The notes below the pieces were generated by a model, which saw only the letters and a list, made by a program, of their open reading frames with translations, was not told the DNA's origin and made no database searches. This document shows positions 1 through 13,549 of a DNA stretch of 64,000 bases, one piece after another (position 1 is the first letter of the stretch; each line of letters starts with the position of its first letter). The stretch is from Heterodontus francisci (taxonomy: Eukaryota). Where the stretch lies: NCBI RefSeq assembly GCF_036365525.1, contig NC_090382.1, positions 80,491,223 to 80,555,222 on the forward strand, given 5' to 3'. A program made the position numbers and the translations under genes.

Positions 1-434
1 TCTTTAACTCCTCAGGCCCTGCATTTGTGCTAAGCTGAGTAGGGCTGTGTCTGTCCTAGGAGAACAGCCCACAGCCGCCTCTGCCTCTGGCACCTCCTCC
101 TGCACACTTGGGCTATGCTCCTCATCCAGTTCCACACTGTCTAAATGCACGCCAGGATCCACCAAGGTGAGTATCGGCCCTGGTGGCACTTGTCAGGTGT
201 GACGGTGCTTCCTCAGTTTCGTGAGGTTCCTCCGGGGTCACAAAGGGAGAGGGTGTTTTTGGGTGGATGCCTGAACCTGTGGGAGACACAAGAAGAGATC
301 ATGGGAACCAGCTGAGGACAGCAGAAACCACTGCAGTGTTGAGGCGAACCAATGCAACTCAGTGCTCGGCATGCTACCGGACAGGGTGACGTTCACTGCA
401 CCCTGCTAATTAGCCCCTCTTCCTTTGTATTCAC

Positions 435-658
435 TGTTAATCTGCTAATTGTGCATCAATTGTTTGATTATATGCAGGTGGAGGGTGTTAATTGGGGTCT
501 TACTTGAGCACTTATAAGCAAACACTTACTGAGACTGGTAGAGGATTTGAGTGGGGAGCTGCATGTTTGTAATTCTTTTACTCTATACAATAAATGTGTA
601 ACTGAGTAAAGATAGGCTCCAGCATTATCCTTCCATACAAGCTTCCTGGAGTTTAACA
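435..658 (+). mobile_element. Short solo LTR
   Basis: TGTTAA...TTAACA termini, AATAAA, and 5-bp TSD TTCAC at 430-434 and 659-663. A second copy is at 27889-28117. Confidence 0.8.
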
Positions 659-1088
659 TTCACCATCTGCCCATGCGTTCCCATCTCGCCAGGGCTGATT
701 TCCTCCTCATCCGGGATCCTGGCTGCCTCCATTGCATATTCTTCCATTGTCATTAGTCTCGAGTAATATGGTATCCTGACACTTGTCAGTGCCTTCTCCT
801 GGGCATTGTGTGCCCATTTCTCCTGCAAGGACGAAAGACAGTGAGATAAGGCACTGCTGTCCTCTATGGCCGATGTCATCTTCCCTTATGTATTAAAAAA
901 CTGTTAGCTTCAGTGGTGTCAGATCCTCAGCAGCACGATGACTATGAGCCATTCTGAGCGTGAGTAAGTTCCCTGGGCACACAGACCTCCCATGTCCAGG
1001 AGGCGCATCCATCCTCAGGCTCCTCAAGTGGGGTGTCTGCTGGAGGGGCCCAGAGACCTGTCCTGAAGGTTAGAAGGGTTACACTCAC

Positions 1089-1306
1089 CTTTCCAGAGCA
1101 AATAAGATCATTGAAACTTTTACAGCACTGAATCCAGGTTCGTCTGATTACACTTCTGCTGCAGCTATCTCAGCCCAGGCCTATTTAGTCTGGGTGGGTG
1201 GCCTCCGCCTGACACTCTCCAGGAGGATGATCACCTTCCTCTCTCTCACGGCCTCAAGCATCACCTCCAGGTCATTATCTGAGAACAGGGGGCTTGCCCT
1301 GCCCTG
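1089..1306 (-). mobile_element. Decayed PIF/Harbinger Myb/SANT-like DNA-binding gene exon (element relic about 1-1640)
   Basis: Translates as FSDNDLEVMLEAVRERK...AWAEIAA...RTWIQCCKSFNDL with a stop and frameshift, followed by a GTGAGT donor. Confidence 0.6.
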
Positions 1307-1668
1307 AGTGCCAGGCCTCAGGCTTTCCAATGACATCACTGCACACTGCAGTCCATTCCAAGGCTCAAAGAACTCTTCTGCTTGTTTCCTCAGGATTCAA
1401 ATGGAAGTCACATTAATGGCTGCCATGGGTGGCTTAAATTGGGCCTGCACTTCATCTGACACCACCCGTTCCTGCCCCCGTGGCCTCTAATTGGCCGCCG
1501 ACCCATACTCCAATCCAATTAAGAGGTTGCACCCCTCGCAAAAATCATGACTTTAATCAACATTCCCCCCGGGGGCGGGTATGGGACCCAGAAACTGTCC
1601 TGACCCCTGTTTCTAGCCCCCAAAGTGGAAATTCAATGCAAGATTTTTACTATATTACTAACAGATCT

Positions 1669-3204
1669 TATTACGGTCAAGTGAGGAGTCGTCGAAGGGC
1701 TTTCCTCTTTTCCCTCTCCTTGTTTGAACACAACAGGTTTAATTCTTTCTTAAAGTGAATGCACTGGCCAATTCAGTAGATTTTTGATGACTTACTTGCT
1801 ATGATCATAACAAGAACCAATTGGACAGGTTTTTTTGAGTTAACAAAGAGGTTAACTTTATTGTACCTAAGCGAACTAAAAAATAATAAACATCGTGCCA
1901 ACTTTCACTCTCACACACACAGACTAGAGATTTATACATACACTAGAGATTTATACACACACATAAATAGGTTACCGAGTGGGGAAAGGTAGATTGGTTG
2001 AGTTAAAGTCCATAAAAAAAGGTATACGTTCTGTGAGGTTTGGTGATTCAGCTGGCTTCTAGTTGAATTCAGTGGTCCTAAGGCTTTTAGTTTGAAGAGG
2101 TAGATGACTGGTTCGGTGAGTCTTGTGGAAATAGCGAGGCGGATGATTTCCTCCAATGGGGTTTCTGATTATAGCCAAAGTATGCAAAAGTGGTCAGTCA
2201 ACAAACAGGATTTGAAAGCTGGAGTGAGAGAGAGAGCGGGATCCAGACTTAGTGTCTGCTCATGTCACAGTCCAGTTGCTTCTCCTCTGCGCAGAGAAAG
2301 AAACCAGCTTAAAACCACAGATGGAGAGGGGCTTGTCACGATAGTCACTCAGTCATTCAAACATAGCAGTTAGCAGCATCTCATTTACCGATTAGGCACA
2401 CTACAGTCTGCCAGACTGAACATTGAGTTCAATAATTTCAGAGCATGATGGGCTCCCCATTTTACTTTTATTTTTCCTTTTTTTCTTCTTTACATTTTTT
2501 ATTTTGTTTATTTCATTTCATCTTAGTTTGTTCAGTTTGCTTACCCACTGTTTTTTTTCATGTTTGTACATGCTGCTGTTCAATCTTCAGTCCGTTAACA
2601 CCCTATCTGTACTAATGCTTTGTCTTTCAACACATCATTAACATATTGTTTGCCTTTGCTCCATGACCTTTTGGTCAGCTATGTGGCCTTATCCAATCTA
2701 CACCTTCTCCTTTGTTATCTCTTGCCCCACCCCGCCTCACTTGCTTATAACCTTTGACATTTCTAATATTTGATAGTTCCGAAGAAGTGTCACTGACCCA
2801 AAACGTTAACTCTGCTTCTCTTTCCACAGATGCTGCCAGACCTGATGAGTGGTTCCAGCATTTCTTGTTTTTATTTCAGATTTCCAGCATCCGCAGTATT
2901 TTGCTTTTATTATAGCAGTTAGCAGTATTTCTCTGCTTGCTGAGAGAACAGGTGCTTCCTTTAAACTTCCTGGGTCTTGGTTCTTGCTGGGATATTAGCT
3001 GACATTTCGTCTCTCTCCTCACAGTCCTTTGCAATGTAGGATACAGTATTGCAAACTAGGTGATCATCTTAAACTGAAAGGATGACTTTGCTGGCAGCTT
3101 GTCTTTTTAAAAATGTTCATTTTAAATTTCTTCAAAAACTATGAAGTCAGATCTCCAGTCAGTGGACCAAAGATTATCATTCAACAAAACACATTGGCAT
3201 AACA
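1669..3204 (-). mobile_element. Long solo LTR containing a nested Penelope fragment
   Basis: Termini T(A)TTAC...TAACA with 4-bp TSD ATCT at 1665-1668 and 3205-3208. End resembles those at 49873 and 52745. Confidence 0.7.
2377..2911 (+). mobile_element. Penelope-like element 3' end (family A)
   Basis: HLIYRLGTLQ..LNIEFNNFRA* plus the 3' UTR shared with 60736-61260. 14-bp TSD ATAGCAGTTAGCAG at 2363-2376 and 2912-2925. Confidence 0.85.
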
Positions 3205-4344
3205 ATCTCCTGTGTCACTGCACTTCAGAAGTTGGAGGACACTGTTGATACGGGAGTGAATCTGATGTAGCATTATGATCAATTAGCAGATACATTGCTT
3301 GGGAAAGAGGGGTTGATTTGTAAGGATTCAAGAGTGGATTCAAGATGAGTCAAAGAGAGCAGTGTGGGTAATAGTGCATATTTTTGGAATGTTGAGGACT
3401 GTTTAAGGGTTTGGGAGAAGTGGTTATTTACAGCAGATAAGTGAGCAGTAAAGATGCAGGAAAGCACACTGAGTAATATAAGTACAGCATATTGGTGTGG
3501 GGAGGGGGTGGTATTGTGAGTACTTGGAGTGGGGTGTGGTTTGCTGAAGTTGGGCTCATGGGTAGGGCAAGTGAACATTTGTAGCATTAACAGTAACTGG
3601 GAGGGGAGTACTTGGGGAAGTTAATGAGCATGGGGGTATTAAGAAATTAGTTAGAGCTGGAGCAGTTGAGAACTGAGTAAATAGTGTGAAGGGTGGATAA
3701 AGGGCACATCCAGAGTAGTTGACAGTCAGAAATGTGAAAAGTTGGGCAATGGGCAATTAAAAAACCTTTAGAATGCAAGAGGCAGATCGTTTTTGCTAAC
3801 CTACTACATGCTGATAGATAGTACAGAAGCAACTAACTGAAATGTTCACATTATCTACCAAGGAAACATAGACTGTAGTAATTAAAGCCTTTTGTGTTTA
3901 CCTGGGAAGATTTCAAAATTGCTTCATTGAAATAAATTAATTTGTTCTTGTTTGGAGAAACAAAAGTTAAGACAAATAAATATCATGGGTTCTTTCTGTC
4001 TGTTTCTCTGAGCTAAACAAATAACTGAAAACTTACCTGAAAAATTAACTCTACAGCTAGCTTTCAATTCATTTAGAAAGAAACTGAAAATTTCTTTCCT
4101 GCACTGAGAAAATTTAGCCTTTCAGCAAGTAAACAAAATGCCAGTTATTCCACTGACCCATGATGGGAAGTTCTTCACATGCTCAGACTGCCACCTCCCT
4201 GAAGCTGACAGAAGTGATAGTCCAGGGCAAAATATCAACTTCAAGCCTAAGCTTTTGAGAGCTGCTAAGACCCTGAAACAAAAACGTTAATGAAGCTATT
4301 AAAAGGCTCAAAATACATCTACATAGGTAAGTTTAATTATTCTG

Positions 4345-4515
4345 AAGTGTGCCTTTTTAAGAAGTATTTAGATGAGCACTTAAAACGCCATAGCATACAA
4401 GGCTACAGGCCAAGTGCTGAAAAATGGGAGTAGAATAGAAAGGTGCTTGACGGCCGGCATGGACACGATGGGCCGAAGGGCCTGTTTCTGTGCTGTATAA
4501 CTCTATGACTCTATA
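4345..4515 (+). mobile_element. CR1-type LINE 3' end
   Basis: gggccgaagggcctgtttctgtgctgtat followed by a short actctatg-type tail. Confidence 0.65.
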
Positions 4516-5067
4516 TCTTATATTAAACATTTTATTTTGGACATTAGAAATTCCTACAAGAAAACTTGCCTTGCTGGGTCCTCTTTTTGCCCACGATCCA
4601 TCACCTGGCCAGTCTGGCCTCCAACTAAATTTGCAAATCAGGTCCTGATGACATCATCAGATCCAATCTGCATACTTAAATAAGTACCCTGCTGCCTTCC
4701 AGCAGGAGTGTCCTGCTTGCCTGCTCAAAGGAGCAGGTTAATATGGGATCATGGTGGGGAGGCAGCAGGATCAGAATGGGTATGCCACCACCCTCACTTA
4801 AACTGCTAACCCCCATTTTCCACTGTTGGGGGCAGAGTTTAGAATTGGGGCCAGACAGTGAGAGAGACAGTCATTCTTGTAATCATTTTGCACGTGTCTA
4901 GTCGGTTTTCGTCAGATTAATAATGTAAAAGTGTGGCAAATAGAACATAATTTGGTTAAGTCTGCCCCTATTTGAACATAAAATATAGTAGCTCTTTCAT
5001 GAATATCTCCAGCAGCACATTTTTGAGCCTTCCTGTAAAATAATTGCTAATTTGGCAGCACCCTTAC

Positions 5068-5229
5068 CAACTGTTTCTGATGCCATATGTGGAATGGCAA
5101 GAGGAACCACCGTGGTCATCCGCTGAATTTCCATTATTGTTGCTCCCGTGAAAGGCATGTGAAGTTTGTCTTTGATAGAAGGAGGTCGAGACTCACCAAC
5201 AATAGCACTGATCTCTCTGTGAACCTTTT
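5068..5229 (-). CDS. CYP2U1: Cytochrome P450 2U1-like, coding exon 3
   Basis: Acceptor tttgtag|AA and donor GTTG|GTAAG, 162 nt, phase 1-1. Encodes EKVHREI...[23 protein letters not shown] with the K-helix ExxR. Confidence 0.93.
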
Positions 5230-5497
5230 CTACAAAAAGAGGAAATAAGGGCTTGCTTACAGAATGTTCGATCACGCCTTGCATTAGAATACCTAGCTAC
5301 AGACAGTCTGGGAGCAGACTTTTTGTGTATGATGTCATAAAGCTCTGTTCCAGTCAGATTATGAATGGGAGTAGATTGGGAACAGTATTTAATAATTCAT
5401 GACATTACTGGAGCAGAATGTCATGATGACATGATGATTTAAGAATAGGTTCTACACAAAATAACTGATTCTAACAGCTAAAAGGGTTTTTACAAAC

Positions 5498-5838
5498 AGT
5501 TAGTTAGAGATACAGCACTGAAACAGGCCCTTCGGCCCACCGAGTCTGTGCCGACCATCAACCACCCATTTACACTAATCCTACACTAATTCCATATTCG
5601 TACCACATCCCCACCTGTCCCTATATTGCCCTACCACCTACCTATACTAGGGGCAATTTATAATGGCCAATTTACCTATCAACCTGAAAGTCTTTTGGCA
5701 TGTGGGAGGAAACCGGAGCACCCGGAGGAAACCCACGCAGACACAGGGAGAACTTGCAAACTCCACACAGGCAGTACCCAGAATTGAACCCGGGTCACTG
5801 GAGCTGTGAGGCTGCGGTGCTAACAACTGCGCCGCCCA
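5498..5838 (-). mobile_element. tRNA-derived HE1/V-SINE-type SINE
   Basis: A/B boxes, V-type core (GGAGTTTGCAAGTTCTCCCTGTGTCTGCGTGGG) and CR1-like tail. Five near-identical copies in the window. Confidence 0.85.
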
Positions 5839-6653
5839 AGTTCTAGAGTTTAATTAAGGACAACCAACTATGTTTGTTATTTTTGGGTATAACATTCGGG
5901 ATTGTATGGAAATTGTTCAGTTGTCATGACCTAGTTGTCAGCATTGTCCCATTACATGAGTATCCAAAACCTGTCAGGTCTATCAGTTCTCTTTTATCAA
6001 TTTGCTTCTCAAAGATTCCCTTCATCAATCTCAACAAAATATTTCCTTAAATGCTGGGCCCCTGCAAGTCTTGTATATGTTGTTTTGGAAGGAAGAAATT
6101 AACATTGCTACAATTCTTGGAGTAAATTTAAAGTTTAGGTCAGAGTCATAAATTGCTCAAATTGGCCAAATCTTAAATGAGATCCCTCGTAACGCCCAAT
6201 GATTTCTTTCCTATCTTTTAAAATATATTGTTTTCTCCTATTCTATAAGGCTTCCCTCCCCACATTAATCCCTCAAAATGGGTGGTGTTGACCTCTGGAC
6301 TCCATTATTGCCACTTTTAAGTAAGCCAATAGCAAAGCTTGAGCAGTCAGTATCTGGTTCATTCCCTCACTGTCCCCCTCTCTCCATGGGGAAACACCAA
6401 ATATCGATTTTAAGATCTCTGCTCTAGAGTTTGAAAACAATTTGTGGGGAAATTAGCAAGCGTTCATGTAGTTCATGACGCAGAGGAGTATCAATGCACT
6501 CTGCCACCTTTAGAGTTGAGCAAGTGTTCATATGAATTGAAAAGCATCACTGTGTTACTTGCACATAATAAATAGGATCTTTCCAACCATGCCAATATTT
6601 ACAAACCCTACCCAATGATCACTTGATTTAAGCATGTTGAATCAGTTATGTAC

Positions 6654-7289
6654 CTTGAATTTCTGGATATGCAGCCATGAAGAGAATAGCCCACAACACA
6701 GTATTGGATGTCGTGTCTGACCCTGCTACAAAGAGATCCCCAATTATATAAAATAAATAATCTTCACTGAAGCTTGTATTTTGGTTTCTTTGTATTTCAT
6801 GGTCTACTTCTTTCAGATAAAAATCAATAAAATCACGTGGGTTTTCAGGGTCCATAGTCTTTCGGTGCTGAGAAATTATGTTTTTCAGGAAGGTGGTTAC
6901 CTCTTTTACTGTTTGGCCAATCTCCTTGAAAGGCCCAAAAGGTAAATACTGAAGTAAAGGAATTACATTGATGAGCATTGCAGGGCTGTTTGATGCTAAT
7001 TTCATCCCTCGGACAATTAGACTCAGCATGGTTCTAAATTCCTCATCATCGTAGTCAAACCGTTTCCCAAAGCACATTGAGCAAATGATGTTAGACACAG
7101 CATTGTTAATGACATGAAATGGAGAGAAGGCTGTACCCACTGATTTGGAAAACTCTGACTTCACAAACTGCAGTTCCTCTATGATTTTAGGCTCTAAATC
7201 AAGCTTCCCGAAACCAAAGTGTCTTAGTGTCGAGAGGCAAAATCTTCTTTGTTGCTTCCAGACCAAGCCATATGGTGCAAAGACTATTC
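6654..7289 (-). CDS. CYP2U1: Cytochrome P450 2U1-like, coding exon 2
   Basis: Acceptor ttttcag|GA and donor CAAG|GTAC, 636 nt, phase 1-1. Encodes GIVFAPYGLVWKQQRRF (WxxxR) and I-helix YLFYIIGDLFVAGSDTTSN. Large exon 2 matches the recalled 5-exon CYP2U1 structure. Confidence 0.93.
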
Positions 7290-7308
7290 CTGAAAATAAT
7301 CACACGAG

Positions 7309-7666
7309 TAGATTAGATTAGATTAGAGATACAGCACTGAAACAGGCCCTTCGGCCCACCGAGTCTGTGCCGACCATCAACCACCCATTTATACTAATCC
7401 TACACTAATCCCATATTCCTACCAAACATCCCCACCTGTCCCTATATTTCCCTACCACCTACCTATACTAGTGACAATTTATAATGGCCAATTTACCTAC
7501 CAACCTGAAAGTCTTTTGGCTTGTGGGAGGAAACCGGAGCACCCGGAGAAAACCCACGCAGACACAGGGAGAACTTGCAAACTCCACACAGGCAGTACCC
7601 AGAATCGAACCCGGGTCCCTGGAGCTGTGAGGCTGCAGTGCTAACCACTGCGCCACTGTGCCGCCC
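7309..7666 (-). mobile_element. HE1/V-SINE-type SINE next to the CYP2U1 exon 2 acceptor
   Basis: Full head GGGCGGCACAGTGGCGCAGTGG, B box GGTTCGATTC and (TCTAA)n tail. Confidence 0.88.
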
Positions 7667-7917
7667 AGTACCTATTTATTACTTTAAAGAGAATCTGTAT
7701 TGTTCTAAATGGTTACATCATCTTAATTGTTCTGAAGCCAGATGCCTATGCACTGATCCATATCGCTCAGTTGCACTTCATGTTGTTTTATAACTGCAGT
7801 TTAAGGGAAACTTGGGAACAGATATTTTGTGAAAAAGTCCTTCTTTAATGACATTATGCATGAGGTTGTCCCCAGCAATCGACAATCATTACTCGAACGG
7901 GACGTTACATTAGGTAT

Positions 7918-8100
7918 AAAAACAAGAAATGCTGGAACCACTCAGCAGGTCTGGCAGCATCTGTGGAAAGAGAAGCAGAGTTAACGTTTCGGGTCACTGA
8001 CCCTTCATCGGAACTGACAAATATTAGAAAAGTCACCGGTTATAAGCAAGTGAGGTGGGGGTGGGGCAAGAGATTAGAAAAGTCACAGGTATTCACAGAC
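7918..8100 (-). mobile_element. Short Penelope family A 3' UTR insertion
   Basis: Matches 60780-60930. 12-bp TSD TACATTAGGTAT at 7906-7917 and 8101-8112. Confidence 0.8.
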
Positions 8101-8472
8101 TACATTAGGTATGTCCTGCCCAAAATGATAACACCGAGCTCTAACAAACAAGGGCTGACTGAGTCCATTAAATATACACATACCTCCCCCCCTTTACAAC
8201 ATTTGATAATGTGATTCTTCTTTTCACTTCCTCTTTAATATTTAAAGAATTGCTAACCAACAGGACTTGAGAAAACATTCACTAATGATTTAGGAAGAGA
8301 CAATTCACAAACTGGAAAGACAAGCAAGTTACAAGCTTCCTGACATCATGAATCATGAACTGTTTTCCAGGATCACATCAGGCAGCTGTTAACATTTCCA
8401 TTATAGTGTGTTTTTTTGGTACACTTACAGCTCCAGATCCATTAAAATTCCAGTCATAGACAGAGTACTGAG

Positions 8473-10348
8473 TGGATGATCTCTCATGGCCTCCTCTTGA
8501 GGCCCCCACCATCACAGAAGCCAGCCTTCAGTCAATTTGATTCATTCCACATAATATCAAAAATCAATGAGTGCACTGGATACAGAAAAGGCTGTGGGCC
8601 CCAACAACATCCTGGCTGTATTACCGAAGACATTTGCTCCAGAGCTAGCTGCGCCTCTAGCCAAGCTGTTCCAGTACAGCTGCAACACAGGTATGTCCAG
8701 GTATGTACTGGTCACAAAAAGCAGAACAAATGCAATCCAGTCAATAAGTCTACTCTCAATCATCAACAAAATGTTGGAAGGGCTATCAAGTAGCAATTAC
8801 TCACCAATACCGTTCACTGATGCTCAGTTTGGGTTCTGTCAGGACCACTTGACTCCAGGCCTCATAACAGCCTTGGAACTGCCAGAGGTAAGCGTGACTG
8901 CCCTTGACATCAAAGCAGCATTTGACTGTGGCAAAAAGAAGCCCTTGTAAAACTGAAGTCTATGGGAATCAGGGGGAAACCCCTGCACTGGTTAGAGACA
9001 TACCTAGCACAATGAAAGATGGTTGTTGGAGGCCAGTCATTTCAGCCCCAGTACACTGCTACAGGAGTTCCTCAGGGCAGTATCCTAGGCCCAACCACCT
9101 TCAGCTGCTTCATCAATTATCTTCCGTCCATCTTAAGGTCAGAAGTGTGATGTTCGCTGATGGTTGAACAGTGTTCAGTTCTATTTGCAACTCCTCAGAT
9201 AACGAAGCAGTCTGTGCCCACATGCAGAAAGAGCAGGATAACATTCAAACTTGGGCTGTTTAAGTGGAACATAAATTAAAATGTCCAACAAGGAGTCTAG
9301 CCACCTTCCGTAAACATTTAGTGGCATTACCATAACCAAATTCTCCACTATTAACTTCCTAGGTGTCACCACTGACCAGAAACTTAAGTGGACCAGCCAA
9401 ATAACTACTGTGGCTACAAAAGCAGGTCAAAGATTGGTTATTATACAGCAAGTGACTCACCTCTTCACTTCTCAAAGCCCTTCGACCATCTATGGGCGGC
9501 GCAGTGGTTAGCACTGCAGCCTCACAGCTCCAGCGACCCGGGTTCAATTCTGGGTACTGCCTGTGTGGAGTTTGCAAGTTCTCCCTGTGTGTGCGTGGGT
9601 TTTCACCGGGTGCTCCGGTTTCCTCCCACAGCCAAAAGACTTGCAGGTTGATAGGTAAATTGGCCATTATAAATTTCCCCTAGTATAGGTAGGTGGTAGG
9701 GTAATATAGGGACAGGTGGGGATGTGGTAGGAATATGGGATTAGTATAAATGGGTGGTTGATGGTCGGCACAGACTCGGTGGGCTGAAGGGCCTGTTTCA
9801 GTGCTGTATCTCTAAATAAAAAATAAAAATAACTAAAAATCTACAAGGCTCAAGTCAGGAATGTGATGGAATACTCTCCATTTGCTGAGATGAATGCCAC
9901 TCCAACAAAGCTCAAAGCACCTAACACCAGGACAAAGCAGCCCACTAGACTGGAATCCCATCCACCACCTTCAACATTCACTCCCTCCACCACCTGCACA
10001 CCGTGGCTGTAGTGTGCATCATCTACAAGATGCACTGCAGCAAATTGCCAAGGCTCTTCAACAGTACTTCCCAAACCAGTGACCTTTAGTGCCTAGTAGG
10101 GCAGCAGGTGCACGGGAACACCATGACCTGCAATTTTCCCTCCAAGTCACACACAATCCTGACTTGGAAACATATCATCATTCCTTCATCGTCTATGGGC
10201 AAAATTCCTGGAAATTCCTGCCTAACAGCACTGTGGGAGTACCTACATCACACGACTGCCGTGGTTCAAGAAGGCGGCTCCCCACAACCTTCTCAAGGGC
10301 AATAAATGCTGGCCTTACCACATCCCATGAATGAATTTTTTAAAAATC
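8473..10348 (+). mobile_element. 5'-truncated, decayed CR1-group LINE (same family as 24110-27326), interrupted by a SINE
   Basis: RT fragments (GPNNILAVLPKTFAPELAAPLAKLF, DAQFGF, TALDIKAAFD) and the shared 3' tail catcccatgaatgaa. Confidence 0.85.
9494..9838 (+). mobile_element. HE1/V-SINE-type SINE nested in the LINE
   Basis: Same family as 7309-7666, flanked by an ATCTA duplication. Confidence 0.85.
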
Positions 10349-10549
10349 ATGATACCATGTGAAAGGAGATCATGGGGCATGATCAGTATTATTTTCATCT
10401 AATACAACAGCACCAAACAACTGCATATACCTCAGATTCCAAAGTATGTCAAAGCTAAAAGTAACTGTTCATAGCTCACCGCACATTTTATAACTGCAAA
10501 CCCATAGCATCTTATGAACTAGTATCACTAGACTGCCTGCTTTCAACTT

Positions 10550-11340
10550 TGTTGTCTCATCCATCTGCTGTTGTAACCCTCATCCATGTCCTTATTACCT
10601 TTAAACACTACTATTCTAATATTCTCCTGGTCAGCCTCCCACCTTACTCCCTCTGTAAACTTCTGTTTTGGTTGTGTCAACATCATGGATTAACATCCAT
10701 ATTCTGCCAACAGGGGTAGGGCAAAGAGGCAGGTCCCCAAGTTTACCTCAGCTGGAGCAGGGATCGAACCCACACTGTTGGTGTTATTCTGAACCACACG
10801 CTAGCCACATAGCCAACTGAGCTAACCAGCCTTGAGTTCATCCAAAATCCTAACTCGCACCAAGTCCCATTCACCAATCACCCCTGCACTCAGCAGACTA
10901 TCTCAGTAGAAGTAGACTACAACTGGTTCCAGCCTGGCAATGCCTCAATTTAAAAATTCTCATCTTTGGTTTCAAATCCCTCTGTGACCTTGTTCCTCCC
11001 TATCTCTGTAACTTCTTCCTAGCCTCTGAGATCTCCGCGCTCCTCCAATTCTGTCATCTTGGGCATCCATGATTTTCTTTGTTCCAGCAGTTATGGCTAT
11101 GCATTCAGCTGTCCAGACCCTAAACTCTGGAATTACCTCCCTAAAGCTCTCTGGATATCTACCTCTCTCTCTCTGCCTTTAAGATGCTCCTTAAAACCTA
11201 AATCTTTCATCAAGCTTTTGGTAACCTGTCCTAATCTTGCTAAGTGGCTCAGTGTCAAGTTGTGTTTTGATAATCACTGCTGTGAAGTGCTTTGGGACAT
11301 TTTACTATGTTAAAGGTACTGTACAAATGCAAGTTGTTAA
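10550..11340 (+). mobile_element. L2-type LINE 3' end with a nested tRNA-headed SINE (about 10662-10831, minus strand)
   Basis: L2-like ORF2 C-terminal region and tail tgtgaagtgctttgggac...aaatgcaagttgtt. The insert has TAGCTCAGTTGG and GGTTCGATCCC boxes. Confidence 0.6.
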
Positions 11341-11673
11341 TAATCTATTTTCTCATCTCCTTTCTCGCTATACTTGCTTTGCACTGAACAAGAAGGTGGG
11401 CATGGAAGTTGCTCTCGAGCCATCTACAGTACAGCCTTGAAATTTGCTGGGAGGTGCATAACGGTAGCTATGGGTGATTATTTACAATTCACTCTCCCAT
11501 TTTAAAAGGAAGGGTATTTTATTTGCTCATCATCTCTGTGATGAAGATCTTTGCATTTGGAGGTTTCAAGGGCTCAAAATTGCAAGGATTCAGAGGGTTC
11601 CCTACAAAATATCTCACAGAGTACAAGTGATCAAGAGTTCTGACGAAAGGCCATCGACCAGAAACATTAACTC

Positions 11674-12793
11674 ATAAGAAACAGGAGCTGCAGTAGGCCA
11701 TTTGGCCCTTCGAGCCTGCTCCGTCATTCAACAAGATCATCGCTGATCTTCTATCTTAACTCCACCTTCTCACGCTCTCCCCATATCCCTTAATTCCCTT
11801 AATATTCAAAAATCTATTTTCCTGTCTTGAATATACTTAGCCGCTGAGCATCCACAGCTCTCTCAGGTGGAGAATTCCAAAGATTCACAACTGTTTGGAA
11901 AAATAAATTTCTCCTCATCGCAGTGCTAAATGGCTGACCCCTTATTCGGAGACTGTGACCCCATGTTCTAAATTCCCCATCCAAAGAAAACATTTTCTTT
12001 GCACATACCCTGTCAAGTCGCTTAAGGACTGTTTCAATTAGATCATCCTCATTCTTCTAAACTCCAGAGAAATGCAGGCCTGGTCTATTCAATCTTTTAT
12101 CACAGGTCAATCCCCTCATCCTAGGAACCAGTCTAGTGAACCTTTGCTCCACACCCTCTAGGGCAACTATGTCCTTCCTTAAGTAAGTGTTCAAAACTGC
12201 ACACAGTACTCTAGCTGTGGCCTCACCAATACCCGGTATAATTGTTCTAATACTTTACCTTTATACTCCAATCTCTTTGTTACAAAAGTTAACATACAAC
12301 TTGCCCTCTTAATTGCTTAACTTTCTGTGATTCATGTACAAGGACACCCAGGTCCCTCTGAATGCAAACATTTCCCAGTCTCTCACCTTTCAAAAAATAT
12401 TGTTTTATCTTTCCTACCAAAGTGGATAACTTCACACTTTGCCACATTGTATTCCATCTGCCATTTTCCCATTGCCCACTCACCCAACCTGTGTATATCT
12501 TTCTGAAGCTTGTGTCCTCCTCACCACTTACTTCCCCATCTAACATTGCACCGTCAGCAAACTTGGATACATTACTCAGTCCAGTTATCTAAGTAAAAAT
12601 AGATTGTAAATAGCTGAAGCCCAAGTACTGATCCTTGAGGTCCACTGCTATTTGCAGCCTGCCAACCCAAAATGTCCCGTTTATTCCTACTCTCTGCTTT
12701 CTATACATTAATGAATCCACAATCCATGCTAATCTGTTACCCCCAATCCCATGACTCCTAATTTTGTGTAATAACCTCTTGTGTGGCACCTTA
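11674..12793 (-). mobile_element. CR1 LINE 3' part inserted into a Penelope 3' UTR fragment (11635-11673 plus about 12795-12882)
   Basis: DKVPHKRLLHKIRSHGIGG and QRDLGVLVHES. The Penelope UTR resumes after the insertion. Confidence 0.8.
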
Positions 12794-13549
12794 TCTTCAC
12801 AGTTGCTGCCTGACTTACTGAGTATCTCAAGCATTTTCTGTTTTTTATTTCATATTTCCAACATCTGTAGTATTTTGCTTTTGATCAAAGAATTCTGTCT
12901 AGTGTGAACTGCACTGAACTAGCTAAAGCTCAGGGAACTCACGTCACACCAGACAACACGTGAGTTCAGATACAAGTGATTCACAAACTGATGGACAGGA
13001 ACTGAAAGTGTTCCAACAAAAGCAGTTATCTCAATAATGACACCATAAGAGTTGATTGTTGCAAAACTATTACCTGATTATCTTTTAAAAGTGTCTTCAT
13101 GGATATAATTTGCCCCTTGCATGTTGGAAACAAATTAGGGAAATAGTGGGGATGAAATTGGTCTTGTCACCCCATTATTTTAAACAAAAATATTTCTTGT
13201 ATCCAAATCCTATCCAGAACTACACAGGCTTCCAAACTGGAAGCCAGCGACTTCCAAGTGTTCAGGGCATCTGCCTGAAATCGGTGTTATGCACCTTGAA
13301 AGTGCAAATTAAGGTCCTATTGCCTGTTTTAGAACCCTGCTTGAAATACGTTATCAGCTGGGAACAGCATGCACCACTCAGTTTTTTGGGGTCCACAGCA
13401 GTCTAACCAGCAGACCATAAAGGAACAACTGGAGATGGCCTATGAAGTTGTAACTAACTTATTTATAGTTTTGTTTCTGTGGAATAAGGAGCAATAGTGC
13501 TCCCCTTGACTCCACTAAAATACTGCAAAAGTCGATATTGAAAAATATA

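Noticed and set aside
1-5067. CYP2U1 exons 4-5 (meander and heme-binding FxxGxRxCxG)
   Set aside because: Not recognised in this interval. They probably lie beyond the left edge, so this is not evidence of pseudogenisation.
7590-7666. tRNA genes at SINE and LINE heads (also 9494, 10831, 24110, 44370)
   Set aside because: A/B boxes run into SINE bodies and tails. No complete cloverleaf was identified.
7781-8201. Possible solo LTR (TGTTGT...ACAACA)
   Set aside because: Flanks CTTCA/TTTGA match only 3 of 5 and no second copy was seen.
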